Positions 23,701 to 35,290 of a DNA stretch of 64,000 nt are shown here, piece by piece. Below the pieces are notes generated by a model. The model worked only from the letters and a program-made list of their open reading frames with translations. It was not told where the DNA came from and made no database searches. A program made the translations under genes and the position numbers. The DNA lies in the NCBI RefSeq assembly GCF_006345805.1, contig NW_021832224.1:372001-436000 (forward strand). Direction: 5' to 3'. The stretch's first letter is position 1; each line of letters opens with the position of its first letter. Origin of the DNA: Octopus sinensis. Lineage: Eukaryota.

Positions 23701-26700
23701 GGTCTGTTATGCAACGTGCTACTATCTCGATGTGTGCTCTACCTGGACAACAAGAAACTAACAATATTATTAATAATAATATACCTAGAGCAGGATGGAC
23801 AACCGCATCGGGGAGACAGACGTCCGATGGCAAGAACATCGTCTTTGCCATTGCAGAAGGGATCGAGTGCACGACCCGGGAGGACTCGGTTAAATCCGCC
23901 CTTTCCCAAGTGTTGGGAAGAGCTTCCAGGATGCCCAGAAATGGGTGGCCTACCCTGCTTCAGTGTTTCAATCGACGCTTTAGCTCGAACCTATCGTTAG
24001 ATGCACTGAAGAAGCTGGCCAAGACCCCTCCTCCTGGCTCGCGGGGAGGACTGCCGCTGCGGCTACGCCGTCAGGATGCCCCCCGTGTTCTGAACAACAC
24101 GAGCACCAGAGTAGTGAGTTATCGCTACTCTTGCAGGTTAAGGAGATATTTAGTAGGCATATCTCTGCGAATCGTGTTGTCCCCCTTGCGGACCGCAGAG
24201 TGACCCGAAAGATACCTCGGTGGCAACTCAGAAGTGACGTGATGGGTTGCATCAATCGTGCCATAGCGTGAGCCTCCGGAGACAATGGACGAGATTTCTC
24301 TTTATTTGTACTCGGCACAGACAACCTATGATGAAATCACTCAGAGGCCTGCCCCAAAGAGTAGATGGAGAGAAAACATTGCCGCAAAAGTAGCCGCAAG
24401 GAAAGCCGAGCTGGAAGCGCTGACTGGGCACATTTTGAATGTGAGCAATGGGGTCAAGGGCAAGACTCCCCCCTTGGTGCGTACTTTACTTCGTCGGGAA
24501 CGAGCTGCCAAATGGGACCTCAACGAGTTGAGGCGTGTCCGGGCAGAGAGGGAGGAGCTGATTCTCGTTTATCAGAAGAAGCTCTCAACTCATGAGTCTC
24601 GGTGTCAGCGCAGGCGGGAGAACAACCTGTTTGAATTTAACCGCAGGTCGTTCTATCGTCGGTTGCACGGAGAGACGAAGGAGGGTACCCAGCAAAAGGC
24701 CGAAATGCTTGACACATGGGGGAGTATGTGGAAAGCACGTCCTCGCAAGGGTGTGTCGTTTCCGTTTTGTGGACCCGATGCTCCCTTGATGACCGAGTCT
24801 TGTGGTGTCCCTGACATCCGCAAGAAGTTCGATGAAGCAGTAACCCGTCTCTCTGACTGGAAGACACCTGGGGTCGATAAAGTGTATAATTTCTTTATTA
24901 AAAATTGCAAACCTATCCATGATTGCATGTGTCGAGCAATCGAACAGTTTACACTAGACCCTGGCTCGATTCCAGAGTGGTTATGTACTGGGGTCACTTA
25001 TTTGATCCCTAAAGTAGATAACCCTTCCGCTCCGACAGATTATCGTCCGATAACCTGTATGCCCAACCTGTACAAGTTGATGACTAAGGTGGTGGCTACT
25101 GAGGTCAGAAATTTCGTGGAGGTGAATGGGATTCTGTCCGAGAACCAGTTAGGTACTCGGCGGGATTGCCAGGGAGCTAAGGAGCAGGCACTGATCAACA
25201 AATGCCTCGCGAGAGCCCACGGAAACTCACTAGTGTCAATGTGGGTGGATGTGAAGAAGGCATATGACTCGGTTGATCATGCCTACCTCGTTGAGTGTCT
25301 GCGAAGGCTTAAGTTGCCAATGTGGTTTATCAAATTTGTTGCAACTGTGATGGACAGGTGGAACGTCCATCTAAATTACAACAAATGCGATATAGGCGAG
25401 GTGAAACTAGAGAGGGGCATATTACAGGGCGACAGCATGTCTCCGCTGCTGTTCGTCCTCTGCCTAGAACCGCTGAGTAGAGTCCTCACTGCCCAATTCG
25501 AACAATTGTCGATCGAACATGAAGGAGGGTGTTTTAGCACCAACCATCTCATGTTCATAGACGACATTAAGCTGTTCGCTCGGTCTTCAGAGATCCTTCA
25601 CTCAATGGGTAAAGTCCTGAAAGGTTTCATGAAGGCCGTGGGGTTGGAGCTCAACTACAACAAGTCGGCGACTAACACCCCTGTGTGTGGTGACCTAGTC
25701 AAAGTCTTGGAGGAACACCAAGGATATAAGTATCTTGGTGTGGTTGAGAGTCCAGCCTCATTAATCACACCCGAAACGAGAAAGTGTGTAGTGGAGGGTG
25801 TGCGTAGTAGGGCGGCAATGTTATGTAAGACTCGGCTTAATGCACGGAACTTATTTCATGCCTTGAACGAGTATGCCATCTCATTGCTAAACTACTACGT
25901 TGGCCTGATCGAATTCGAGCCGAGTGAGTACGATGAAATGGACCTTATTGTCCGAAGAGTACTCCGAGAGAATCATGTCCACGTGTTGGCAAGCAATAAG
26001 GAGAGATTGTACTTGTCTCGCGGGCAGCTAGGACGTGGACTGAGTAACATCGTACACTTAAGTGAGCGAATTCTTACTAAGATGCACGACACCTTGTGGA
26101 GTGGGTCGAGTGTATCCCAAAGGAAGGCTGCCATCCTTGCTGCTGAAAAAGCGCGTGGTACACACCTAGGGACCATAAAAGGCTATGTGTCGGCTAAGTA
26201 TGGTCTAGGTGCTACCCAAGTTAATGTGAAGGAGTTGATCAAACTTCAAAAGGAGTCTTTAATTAAAAAGATCAACTTAAAAGTCCTTCACAAGACTCTC
26301 TTTAGCAGCCTGGACAACCCGCACATTGACGTATCGTCGTCATCTACGTGGCTGAAATATGGGAATAACTCTCCCCGATCAGAAGGGTTGTTCTCATATT
26401 TGCAGGATAGAAACTTTTTTAATGGTCAACGGAAACAGTGTAACCACTGTAAGAGTAAGGCAATGACCGTTGACCATTTAGCCACGAAGTGCGGGAGTAT
26501 GTTTTACCATGATTACACATGGAGGCATAACGAGGTGGTGAGGTCCCTCCATCTTTTGCTCTGCAATAAGTACGGCTTGAGGCGGTCCAGAAAGTTGCGA
26601 ACCCATCGAGTTCAATCGGTGTGTGAGAACTCGCGGGTGTGCATTAAGGTGGATACCCCCATACGCACCTCGATTGTTGTCCAGCACAACAGACCCGATA

Positions 26701-27195
26701 TTGTGGTCCACGATAAGGTCACCGGGGAGATTGTTATCGTGGAGGTGGGCATCACGTGCCTAGACCGTTTGCAGATAGTGGAAGTGGAGAAAAGGAGGAA
26801 GTATGACCTCCTTGCAAACGAGCTAGGACTGATGCACCAGTGCAAAGTCCATGTCATCCCGTGTGTGATGACATGGGATGGACTGGTCACCAAATACCAC
26901 AAGCGGTACTTAAGACAGTTGGATGTAGATAAGTCTCTACAGGCTTATATACAGTCAACTGTTCTTAAGAGGACTCTGGAGAGTGTCTCGTTTGATGCTC
27001 GCCGATCCAGCCCTTTCCTGACGTTTAGTCAGCAAGAGGCGCTGGACTGCACCTTCTCGAAGGTCTACAGTGCCAGAGAAGAGGAGGAAGAAGGGGAGGA
27101 GGTGCGTGGAGTGCCGCCTTCTGCTCACTTCGAAGGCTCTGGACTTAGTTAGTAAAATTACTTAGTTAATAGTTTCTTTCTTAATAAATAGTAAG
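23701..27195 (+). mobile_element. Apparently full-length RLE-type non-LTR retrotransposon (3.5 kb) with 18-bp TSD TTTCAGCATCGCCTTTTT (23683-23700, 27196-27213)
   Basis: TSD read directly; encodes RT, CCHC knuckle and RLE. Confidence 0.95.
24285..27152 (+). CDS. RT-RLE polyprotein, 955-aa uninterrupted ORF; true N-terminus probably extends to 23709 across two frame changes
   Basis: YRPITCMPNLYK, DVKKAYDSV, GILQGDSMSPLLF, FIDD, YKYLGV, CxxC...H...C, RPD...EV...KxxKY. Confidence 0.92.
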   Translation: MDEISLYLYSAQTTYDEITQRPAPKSRWRENIAAKVAARKAELEALTGHILNVSNGVKGKTPPLVRTLLRRERAAKWDLNELRRVRAEREELILVYQKKLSTHESRCQRRRENNLFEFNRRSFYRRLHGETKEGTQQKAEMLDTWGSMWKARPRKGVSFPFCGPDAPLMTESCGVPDIRKKFDEAVTRLSDWKTPGVDKVYNFFIKNCKPIHDCMCRAIEQFTLDPGSIPEWLCTGVTYLIPKVDNPSAPTDYRPITCMPNLYKLMTKVVATEVRNFVEVNGILSENQLGTRRDCQGAKEQALINKCLARAHGNSLVSMWVDVKKAYDSVDHAYLVECLRRLKLPMWFIKFVATVMDRWNVHLNYNKCDIGEVKLERGILQGDSMSPLLFVLCLEPLSRVLTAQFEQLSIEHEGGCFSTNHLMFIDDIKLFARSSEILHSMGKVLKGFMKAVGLELNYNKSATNTPVCGDLVKVLEEHQGYKYLGVVESPASLITPETRKCVVEGVRSRAAMLCKTRLNARNLFHALNEYAISLLNYYVGLIEFEPSEYDEMDLIVRRVLRENHVHVLASNKERLYLSRGQLGRGLSNIVHLSERILTKMHDTLWSGSSVSQRKAAILAAEKARGTHLGTIKGYVSAKYGLGATQVNVKELIKLQKESLIKKINLKVLHKTLFSSLDNPHIDVSSSSTWLKYGNNSPRSEGLFSYLQDRNFFNGQRKQCNHCKSKAMTVDHLATKCGSMFYHDYTWRHNEVVRSLHLLLCNKYGLRRSRKLRTHRVQSVCENSRVCIKVDTPIRTSIVVQHNRPDIVVHDKVTGEIVIVEVGITCLDRLQIVEVEKRRKYDLLANELGLMHQCKVHVIPCVMTWDGLVTKYHKRYLRQLDVDKSLQAYIQSTVLKRTLESVSFDARRSSPFLTFSQQEALDCTFSKVYSAREEEEEGEEVRGVPPSAHFEGSGLS

Positions 27196-27849
27196 TTTCA
27201 GCATCGCCTTTTTTGATTATAGTGAAAAAAATATGAAGAGTTTACAACATTAGTTCTACACACAGATATAAGATGGGTTTTAAAGAGAAATTGTCTGACT
27301 TGTTTTGTTTCTCTTTGGGACTCAATAATTTTGTTTATTGACGATAAAGGTTTTATTGAAAACTTATTAGTGCAAAAGCCGATATATTTTATTTTGCTGA
27401 TATATTGAAAAGTTAAACAAACTTAATATCAATTTCAATGAAAAATATCGATATTAAAAACATCAATTCCAGATGGTTAATTTCGAAAGAGTTTTATCCA
27501 TATCTAACAAGGAATGAAAGAAAGTCCCTCTTAGATGAATCATGTTTTGAAGTTTATAATAGTAACTTACGAAACATTGTTTACTGAGAAAAAGGTTCTG
27601 GCTATGAAAGTGGGGAATCCTCTCAGCATTAGGAATCTTGAAGATAATGTTCAGAAAAGAAATTCTGATAAAATTCTATCCTTCTATTTGATTGATTCAC
27701 CCGATTGATTTAATTTAAAGTTCAGAATGTTCTATACAATGTTCCATAATAAATTAGATTAACACCAAACTAAGTGGAATCTCTGGCTTATACTATCTTT
27801 AGATTCAATTGTTTTTATTATGTCTACAATTATTTTTTCATGCATCCGT

Positions 27850-28640
27850 GTTCGATACTCTTTCATTGAAAAACCTTCTCATTGTTTGAATAAAATTTGT
27901 TTTTAAAAAAGATGTTTCTTTTCACGCGAGTTTCTGCATTTGACCATGCATTTTTGATGGAGGTGAGCATTGGACTATATTGACCGAGATGAAGAATATA
28001 AAAATCATTAATTCTTCCCTTCAAATAACTTCGATACCACTGTGAGCTGGGGCATTGTTCAACACAATAATAACTGGGCTACCATGTTTAATCCGTGCTT
28101 GTTTCAAACAAGTTTTTATCTAACGACAAGTCTGGTATTGTTTAAAGCTCCCCTTCGGATTTTATAGTAAATGAGTCCTAAAATTGAGATGCATCCAATT
28201 ATATGTATATTTGAGTGGCTAAAGTAGTGCATCATGTTCCTTTTAGTGATTTGGATTCTGTTCTGCTGAAATGGAAATTAAAGTTTTTTCATCTATAAAG
28301 AAAATTGGTTTATTTTCCGATCAAAATTTTAAATAATTTTCAACAAATTGCCTTCTCTTAATTTTGTTAATTTCGCAATTAGCTTTTTCAGACTTGAATT
28401 TTAATTTCTTTAATGTATACAAACTTAAATCAGATGTCGGGCGATACTTGATACTCATAATTGCATGTTCTTTGTTAAACTTTTTTTTAATTTTCACATT
28501 TCGTGTAAGGTTTAACTTCATTTTATATTCAACGATATGCTATTGTTTTAGAGATATTGAGTTCAGCTGCCGTTTTTTTCCAACCCGACCTGATTCTGTA
28601 GCTGAAATTAAATGTATCTTGTTTCTATGCCTTTGATTTT
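27850..28640 (-). mobile_element. Decayed IS630/Tc1-like transposase
   Basis: LYTLKKLKFKSEKAN...KRRQFV, IIVLNNAPAHS, YSPMLTSIKNAWS. Confidence 0.6.
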
Positions 28641-28704
28641 TCTCTTCTATTGATTTATGTGGATTTTATATTCGCTGGATCGAAATATAATTTTTATAAT
28701 AAAA

Positions 28705-28845
28705 GTATCCTATTTAGTTTGTTATTAATCCCACTTAGTTTACTGTAAGTCACAATTAGTTTCCTGCTAACTCCACATAGTTTTCTGCTAATCCTATTTA
28801 GTTTGTTATTTATTTCACTTCTTTGGTGTTAATCCCATTTGAGAT
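28705..28845. repeat. Degenerate ~21-bp minisatellite, ~6-7 units (consensus like AATCCYAYTTAGTTT.CTGYT)
   Basis: Unit alignment by eye; ATCCTATTTAGTTTGTTATT occurs twice exactly. Confidence 0.6.
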
Positions 28846-28865
28846 GGAAAATTAGCAAGTAAGAC

Positions 28866-29007
28866 TTTATTAAAAAAGAAACTAATTAACTAAGTAATTT
28901 TACTAAGTCCAGAGCCTTCGAAGTGAGCAGAAGGTGGCACTCCACGCACCTCCTCTCCTTCTTCCTCCTCTTCTCTGGCACTGTAAACCTTCGAGAAGGT
29001 GCAGTCC
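28866..29007 (-). mobile_element. ~140-bp 5'-truncated copy of the 3' end of the 23.7-kb RLE element
   Basis: Reverse complement of ~27044-27188 with few differences. Confidence 0.92.
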
Positions 29008-29591
29008 AATGAAACGTGAAAAAAAGATTAATTATAATAAAATAATTTTCTAAAAAACCTAATTTTCTGTAATAAATAGTTTAAATTATATTATAATAAA
29101 ATAAGATTAGATTATAAGAATTTTAAAAATGATAAAATTATAAGCACTTTGCTGATTTGTTGTTGTTGTTGTGATGCATTTTTTTCAACGTTTTTATGTT
29201 TATTATTAATTTTTTTTATATTCATGGTTAGTATTTGTATTAAAATTGATTAATTGAATTTCCGATTGTAAAATCTCTTATTATATTCGATATTCTGCAA
29301 TCTAATTGGTCATATTTGACAACGATCTAATCTTTTTTAATTCAAATATATTTCCACTTATCGGATTTTTTATACAATTTTTTTTGCAATAATTTAATTA
29401 TGTTTTGATATGACATTGTCATGCTTTCCAATGTACTGTTTCGGGACCAAAGATCTCGTTTTTTACTGGGAATATTCTGATAAAAGGGAGGGACTGAAGG
29501 TTACGATATATTGCATCTTCAAGCCAAGTCTGGCTTCTCATTAACATTCTACATAAAGACGGGGCATTGAAAGACGGAGCACGATGCATTA

Positions 29592-32306
29592 TTAATATTT
29601 TGTTGCATGTCCTTTTGCAACAATTACTGCTTCTAATCTTCTTTTGTATGTATCTATCAATTTAAATCATTCTTCTTTGGAAATTTTTTCCACTCCTCAC
29701 GGCAGAATGCTTTTAACTCCACTATATTTCTAGGTCTTCGGTTTTTTACCTTTATTTCCAACGTTTTACATAAATTTTCAATTGGGTTTAAGTCAGGAGA
29801 TTGACTAGGCCATTTCAAACATTTAATCCATTATTATTAAGCCATTCAGTATTCCATCTATGAAAATAGTTCACCCACTCCTTGAGACGAAAAACACGCC
29901 CATAACATTATGTTGCCTCCTTCGTGCTTCACTGTGCGTATGGTACATTTTTTGTCATATTCTTGATTTTTTTTCCTCCAAATATATTTGTTATAATTGA
30001 GGCTAAAAAGTTCAATTTTGGTTTCATCTGACCATAATATGTTCATTATATATTTTAAATCTTTATTTAAAATATTCTGAGCGAATTTTAGTCGCGCTGA
30101 TATATGGACTTTTCTTAGTAGAGGAATACACCCCTCGACATTAAAATTCGAACACTTAATTTTAAGCAAATTTTTAATCATTTTCAATAAAATAATTTAT
30201 CTGAGCTTCTTTATTTGTATTATTCTAACTATTTTAATATTTAAATATATATTGAAACATATAATTTTAAAGAATAAAGCAAAAAACGAGAATTTCATGA
30301 CAAAAAAAACCGAACAAAATTTAATTAGTAGCTTGAATGCCTTCCTTTTTTGTTGTAAACTTCCAAACTACGATTTTTCATTGAGCTAACAAGTTTTCTG
30401 ATGAATTCCATTGGGATATTTTCCCAAATTTTCGATATTTTTTGCTTTAGATCAATTTTTGTACTTGTTCTGCTTTCTGACGTATCACTTGAAAGAACGT
30501 TTCTAATGTGAGCCCAAATGTGTTCGATTGGGTTCATGTCAGGTGACTGAGGTGGCCAGTCGAGCAAATTAATATTTTGAGACGACATATATATTCTTTA
30601 GTTGCCTTAGATGTGTGGCAAGGCGCATTATCTTGTTGGAATATATAGTCGCTCAATCCCATTTTATTCGCTGAATCTTCAAGATTATTTGCCAGAATAT
30701 TAATATATTCCCCAGAGTTCATTTTTTCATCAATAAAAACTAATTTCCCCATTCCGAAATACGAAAAACAGCCCCAAACAAGAACTTTCCCTACACCAAA
30801 CTTAAAACTAAGTATTATCTTCGCATATCTCAACTTATTTCCTTTTTTTTCTTTATTGATACATTCGTCTTGAATGGAAAAAAAGTTCAAAACTACATTC
30901 GTTGGAGAAAATAACTTTCCTCCATCCGCTGTCGGAAATTGCAAGAAATTTTTTAGATATTCCATATCTGAGAGCAATATTTTTTGAACTTAGAAATAGT
31001 CGTTTCTTTACAACTCGTCCATACAAACCTTTTGAGTTTAGAATTCTTGTTATTGTGCGTGCTGAAACTTTTTTTGTGTAATTTTTTCCATTTCTGAAGA
31101 CAAGGTAGCTGCGGTTCGAAAATTATCAGTTGATAATGATAAAAGAATCCTAATTTCATCTTGACTGAACTTGGGTGGCCTTTCAGATCCAGCCTTTCTG
31201 CACGTAATCCCGGTTTTTAGATATTTTTTAACAAAGTCCCAAACAGTTGTCTTTGGTATATTTACGATGTCCGAAATCATTTTATAGGAGAAATTTTGAT
31301 TAGATAAAGATATAATTTGTCCTTTTTTGAAATTATTCATTTCTGTCTAATAAAAATTGTATTCTGCGAGTTGAACAAAATACCGTTCGGAATTCTTTGT
31401 CACTAGAAAACACGTTTCTGCTTTAATTTTGAAAATTATATGTTCGAATATATATTTAAATATATAAATAGTTAAAATTATACAAATAAAGAAGCTCAAA
31501 TAAATTATTTTATTAAAAATGATTAAACATTTGCTAAAAATTAAGTGTTCGGATTTTAGTGTCGAGGGGTGTATGTCGTGCCCTCTTTTTATGAATTCCT
31601 TGTTTGCGCAATGTATTAGTTATCGTAGATAAACCAACTTTGATTCCCACGGTCTCTAAATAATCTACCAGTTTGCTTCTAATAATTCTGGGATCATTTG
31701 TCACACTCCTTTTTATCATTGAAAGAGAACGGCTCGATATTTTTTTAGGTGCACCAGACCTCGATTTATTGCAAACATTTCCTCGTTCTTTCCAACGGAC
31801 TATTATATTCCTTACTGAACTTTTCGGAATATTGAATTGTCTGGAAATTTGGTTGTAACTTTTTTTTTCTTGGTGGGACTTGACGATCATCTGTTTTAGC
31901 TCAAAAGAATATTCCTTCCGATTTCCCATAAAGTAGTGCTAAAATGCCTGTTTTCGTAATATCAACATTGATAATGCGTTATTAAGTGATAACAAAGCTT
32001 TTGTGAAGAAAACTTAAAAGAAATAATCTGACAGAATGACATTCTCTTATCATATGCACTTAAACTAAAACTGTAGATATAAAAGTGCCAACACTTTTTG
32101 ACCCTTCAATAACGCTAAAAATTTAAAAAAAGTTGTTTTTTCTTTGTCAATTATCAATATTTTAAGGATTTAAAATTATTTTCTAAATCAGAATCTTTTT
32201 AATTTTTCAAAAAAATAATTAAAAGTCAAAATACTTCATGTTTTATGGTTAAAAACGTAAAATACTAAAATTTATTAAGTGGTGCCATGACTTTTTGGGC
32301 CCACTG
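29592..32306 (-). mobile_element. Decayed Tc1-like transposon (outer), interrupted by 30129-31571
   Basis: MGNRKEYSFELKQMIV HTH, RARH/IPLLRKVHISARLKFA across the insertion, ILWSDETK, GGNIMLWACF, KRRLEAVIVAKG..TKY*; CACTG|TA end at 32306. Confidence 0.85.
30129..31571 (-). mobile_element. Tc1-like transposon (inner), ~190-bp imperfect TIRs, TA TSD, frameshifted transposase
   Basis: TA|CACCCCTCGACA...TGTCGAGGGGTG|TA; FQQDNAPCH, WPPQSPDMNPIEHIW. Confidence 0.92.
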
Positions 32307-32589
32307 TATGTTTTGATATGACATTATCATGCTTTCCAATGTTTCTTTAATAACTATAGATTGAATGTTTGCATGTCCTCTTTTTAATACTTTCCTACCC
32401 TCAAACCCAGTAGATATCTCTTTACACTCTGGTAATGGTACATATCAGGTTAAGTCATGAGTGGAGCCTTTTTCTCTATGAACTTGATTTAGTTGGTGTC
32501 GTTGACCGCTCCTAACTTTTCTAGTGCTTGAGTTTTGATCTCGTATATTGTTGGGCACAGTTTTGCAAATTCTTCCTTGATTATTTTGA

Positions 32590-32900
32590 GCCTCTTCATA
32601 ATCATACCAGTCTAGTTCTTTAAACAATCTTACACAAAAATGGTTCTAAAATCCAATCGGGAACAATCTGATCGCTATTAAAATATTCTCCGAATTTAAT
32701 TTGCAAATTTTTTAGGTGTTCGTCGATTTGTAAAATAATCAATTTTTCAGGTTTATTATTTCCAATTAATTCCTCCAGCATTGGAAACATTCTTGGCCAC
32801 CAGCTTCGAAATAGTTCTCCATAGCGGCGTTTGCCGGTGCATCCAAATCCATCCTTAGAATGTGTCCAAACAGCCTCCATCTGCATTCGGTAATTTTGAG
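32590..32900 (-). mobile_element. hAT (Buster/ZBED8-like) C-terminal fragment
   Basis: MFPMLEE...IDEHLKNLQIKFGEYF...DWILEPF. Confidence 0.6.
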
Positions 32901-32964
32901 CGAGATTGGTTTGCTTGATGTTCTGGCATAAACTGTTTTTCTACTCAGCCTCGAATGCCACTTG

Positions 32965-33185
32965 AAGGCTAGAGTACGTCGGAGGTGATCTCTATGGAAA
33001 GAGTACGTTGGATAGAGACCTAAAGAGGGCTGGTAAAGAATTGAAGGACGGGGACGATCTCAATGCACTACGGGACGTCGCCCAAGATCGTGAGAAATGG
33101 AATAAACTAATTACCCTTATTGTTTCCTGTGCTGCACAAGCTTTGTCATGATCCATGGCATCGCGAAAGTGCCTATAATAATAAT
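32965..33185 (+). mobile_element. RTE LINE 3' end with (TAA)n tail
   Basis: LRDVAQDREKWNKLI..., homologous to the end of the 52.8-55.8 kb element; AGTGCCTATAATAATAA. Confidence 0.7.
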
Positions 33186-33339
33186 CGTAAACATGGAAAT
33201 AACATTTTTAGATAATTTTTTCCTCCATAATTTCAACTTTGGCTTAAATCCAGATACTTTTTAAAAGCTTCTATGTTTGCGATATTATTACCTTCAGGAT
33301 AAAAAAAAAAGATTTACTTTGTATGGATAAATTTAATTG

Positions 33340-35290
33340 ACTATTACTCAAAGGTAGTGTAGATTCAAACTCTTGGAAAGATCCATATCGTAACGATTCA
33401 TAGCATAGGAACATGTAGCTGCACAACACGTTCCTCTTTGCATCCATGAAATGGTGCTCTTCTCGGGTGCTGTGGTCAAGCCCTTCTTAGCAGTCCACTT
33501 CTTTAACTCGGCAGTGTACGACTTCAGTCGTCTCCAAGACTGTGATATCCTTTTCGAGGTATCCATAACCAGGATATCATGAGCGTAGATGACAAGCTTG
33601 CCAGTACGTACAGACGGCATTGGAATATCCGACAAGACGAGGTTGAAAAGAAGTGGACTCAAGACAGATCCCTGCGGGACGCCCCTTCTAACTTTCACAC
33701 ATCCGATAGGCGGTTTCCACGCGAACAAAAGGGCTATGCGACAACTCGCCTATAGTCGAGTTGTCGCCTAACTCGCCTAAATTTATTTGGCGACAACTCG
33801 CCTACTTAAAATAAATAAAAAATTTTATTTTTACCAGATTAATCTAATTAATTAAATTTCAACAATTTGTTTACTTTAATCTTATTATGACTGACTTTGA
33901 ATGCTTAAAAGCCAAAGAGGTGGCAAACTTTTACTACACCGGAACTATTTGTAAATACAGATAGAAAAAAAGACGGTCTTACCTATTGGAGGTGCAGAAA
34001 TCGAGAATGCAGGGCGAGGTGCACGGTGGATGCTCAAAACAAGATGGCCCCTTTGAGGATCATGAGATAAAAAGCATGAAACTAGTTTCTGACCTGAAAG
34101 ATTCCGCAAAGCGTCAGAAGACAGAACTATGAATGTGGTGTCAAGAAGCCTCATTGGAGCCAATGTTGACGTCATTAAAATCTTGCCAAAGGAACGTTCA
34201 TTGACTCGTCTCGTTCAACGGGAAAGAGAAACACTGATATCAAATTTTGTTGCGACCATTCCTGAAATTCCTGAAAGTTTGTGGTATAATGATCGGGGCG
34301 AAATTTTTATCGCAAAGATTCTGGAATTAATGATGTAAATCGTTACGTCATTTTTTGTTCGGATTATCAGGTTGACATTTTGAGAAAATCAGATGTCTGG
34401 GTTATTGATGGTACCTTTAAAAGGGCTGCAATTCCATTTCGGCCAAATCATATGGCGGAAAATACAATGTCTTGGTCTTGTGGGAGCCTACAAAGACGTT
34501 TCATCGTGGGAACGAAAATTATTGAGGAAATGCTACCATTTAGCTTTCATCCCTGTGGAAAATGTTTTATTGGAATTTGAAAAATTTTCTCTTGATGCGA
34601 CAGGAAAAGAAAACAACAACACAAATAATGAATTTTTGATTTATTTTAAAAAACAATTTATTGCTGACCCATCTTATGACGTCAGTTTTTGGAGTTGTTT
34701 TCATCGGGTATTAAAGTCAATGCCCAGGACGACCAATTCATTGGAAGGTTGGCATAAGCTGTTGAACAGTTCTTTTAACAGAGCGCACCCAAATTTGGCA
34801 GCTTTTTTCAATGTTTTGGCCAGGGAAGAACAAAGACTTTTTGTGAAAATGACACAAATTAAGTCAGGAAGGTATCTTGAAGTGTCTGCGACAGACTGCA
34901 AAAAGGAACTTGAACTGAGAATAGCATGTAAAAATTTTCATGAATTTGAAGTAGATTGCTATTTTAAGCTAATTGATGGTTTGATTTGCTTTAAAAGTTC
35001 AGAATAAAAAGTAATTGTTGTAAAATTTTATTTTATTTACCCTTAAAATATTTTTCTTCGTAGACGAGTTGTCGCTCAACGGGACTCAAGACAGATTTCT
35101 GCGGGACGCCCCTTCTAACTTTCACACATCCCGATAGGCGGTTCCCACAGCGAACAAAAGATTTCCTTTTACACAAGAAGTTTTCTAGCCATCAATAGGT
35201 CTTTATACCGGCTCCAGTGTCATGCACTATCGCAAGTAGGCCCAAGTGCCATACGCTATCAAAAGCTTTTGCGAGGTCCAGACACACTGT
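33340..35290 (-). mobile_element. I/Jockey-like RT fragment split by the MULE (33340-33730 and 35082-35290)
   Basis: LDLAKAFDSVWH on the right of the MULE; GVPQGSVLSPLLFN and YAHD on the left. Confidence 0.8.
33731..35080 (+). mobile_element. Mutator-like (MULE) element with frameshifted transposase
   Basis: Ends GCGACAACTCGCCTA ... TAGACGAGTTGTCGC; WVIDGTFK, FHFGQIIWRKIQ, YFKKQF, RTTNSLEGWH...HPNL. Confidence 0.85.

Larger units (their letters stand above)
23030..27620 (+). mobile_element. Old hAT (Buster/ZBED8-like) transposase remnant, split by the RLE retrotransposon
   Basis: YCIIHRQHL...VIDFVNYIKS...RLF before the insertion; LVLHTDIRW and FADI..KLNKLN after it. Confidence 0.65.

Noticed and set aside
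24239-24266. 28-nt GT-AG intron repairing the second frame change in the RLE element
   Set aside because: It would delete VMGCINRAI, which is homologous to LIEGLNLAI in the paralogue, so an indel is more likely.
23980-26902. Antisense and alternate-frame ORFs overlapping the RLE element
   Set aside because: Expected shadow ORFs of a relatively GC-rich coding region; no independent motifs.
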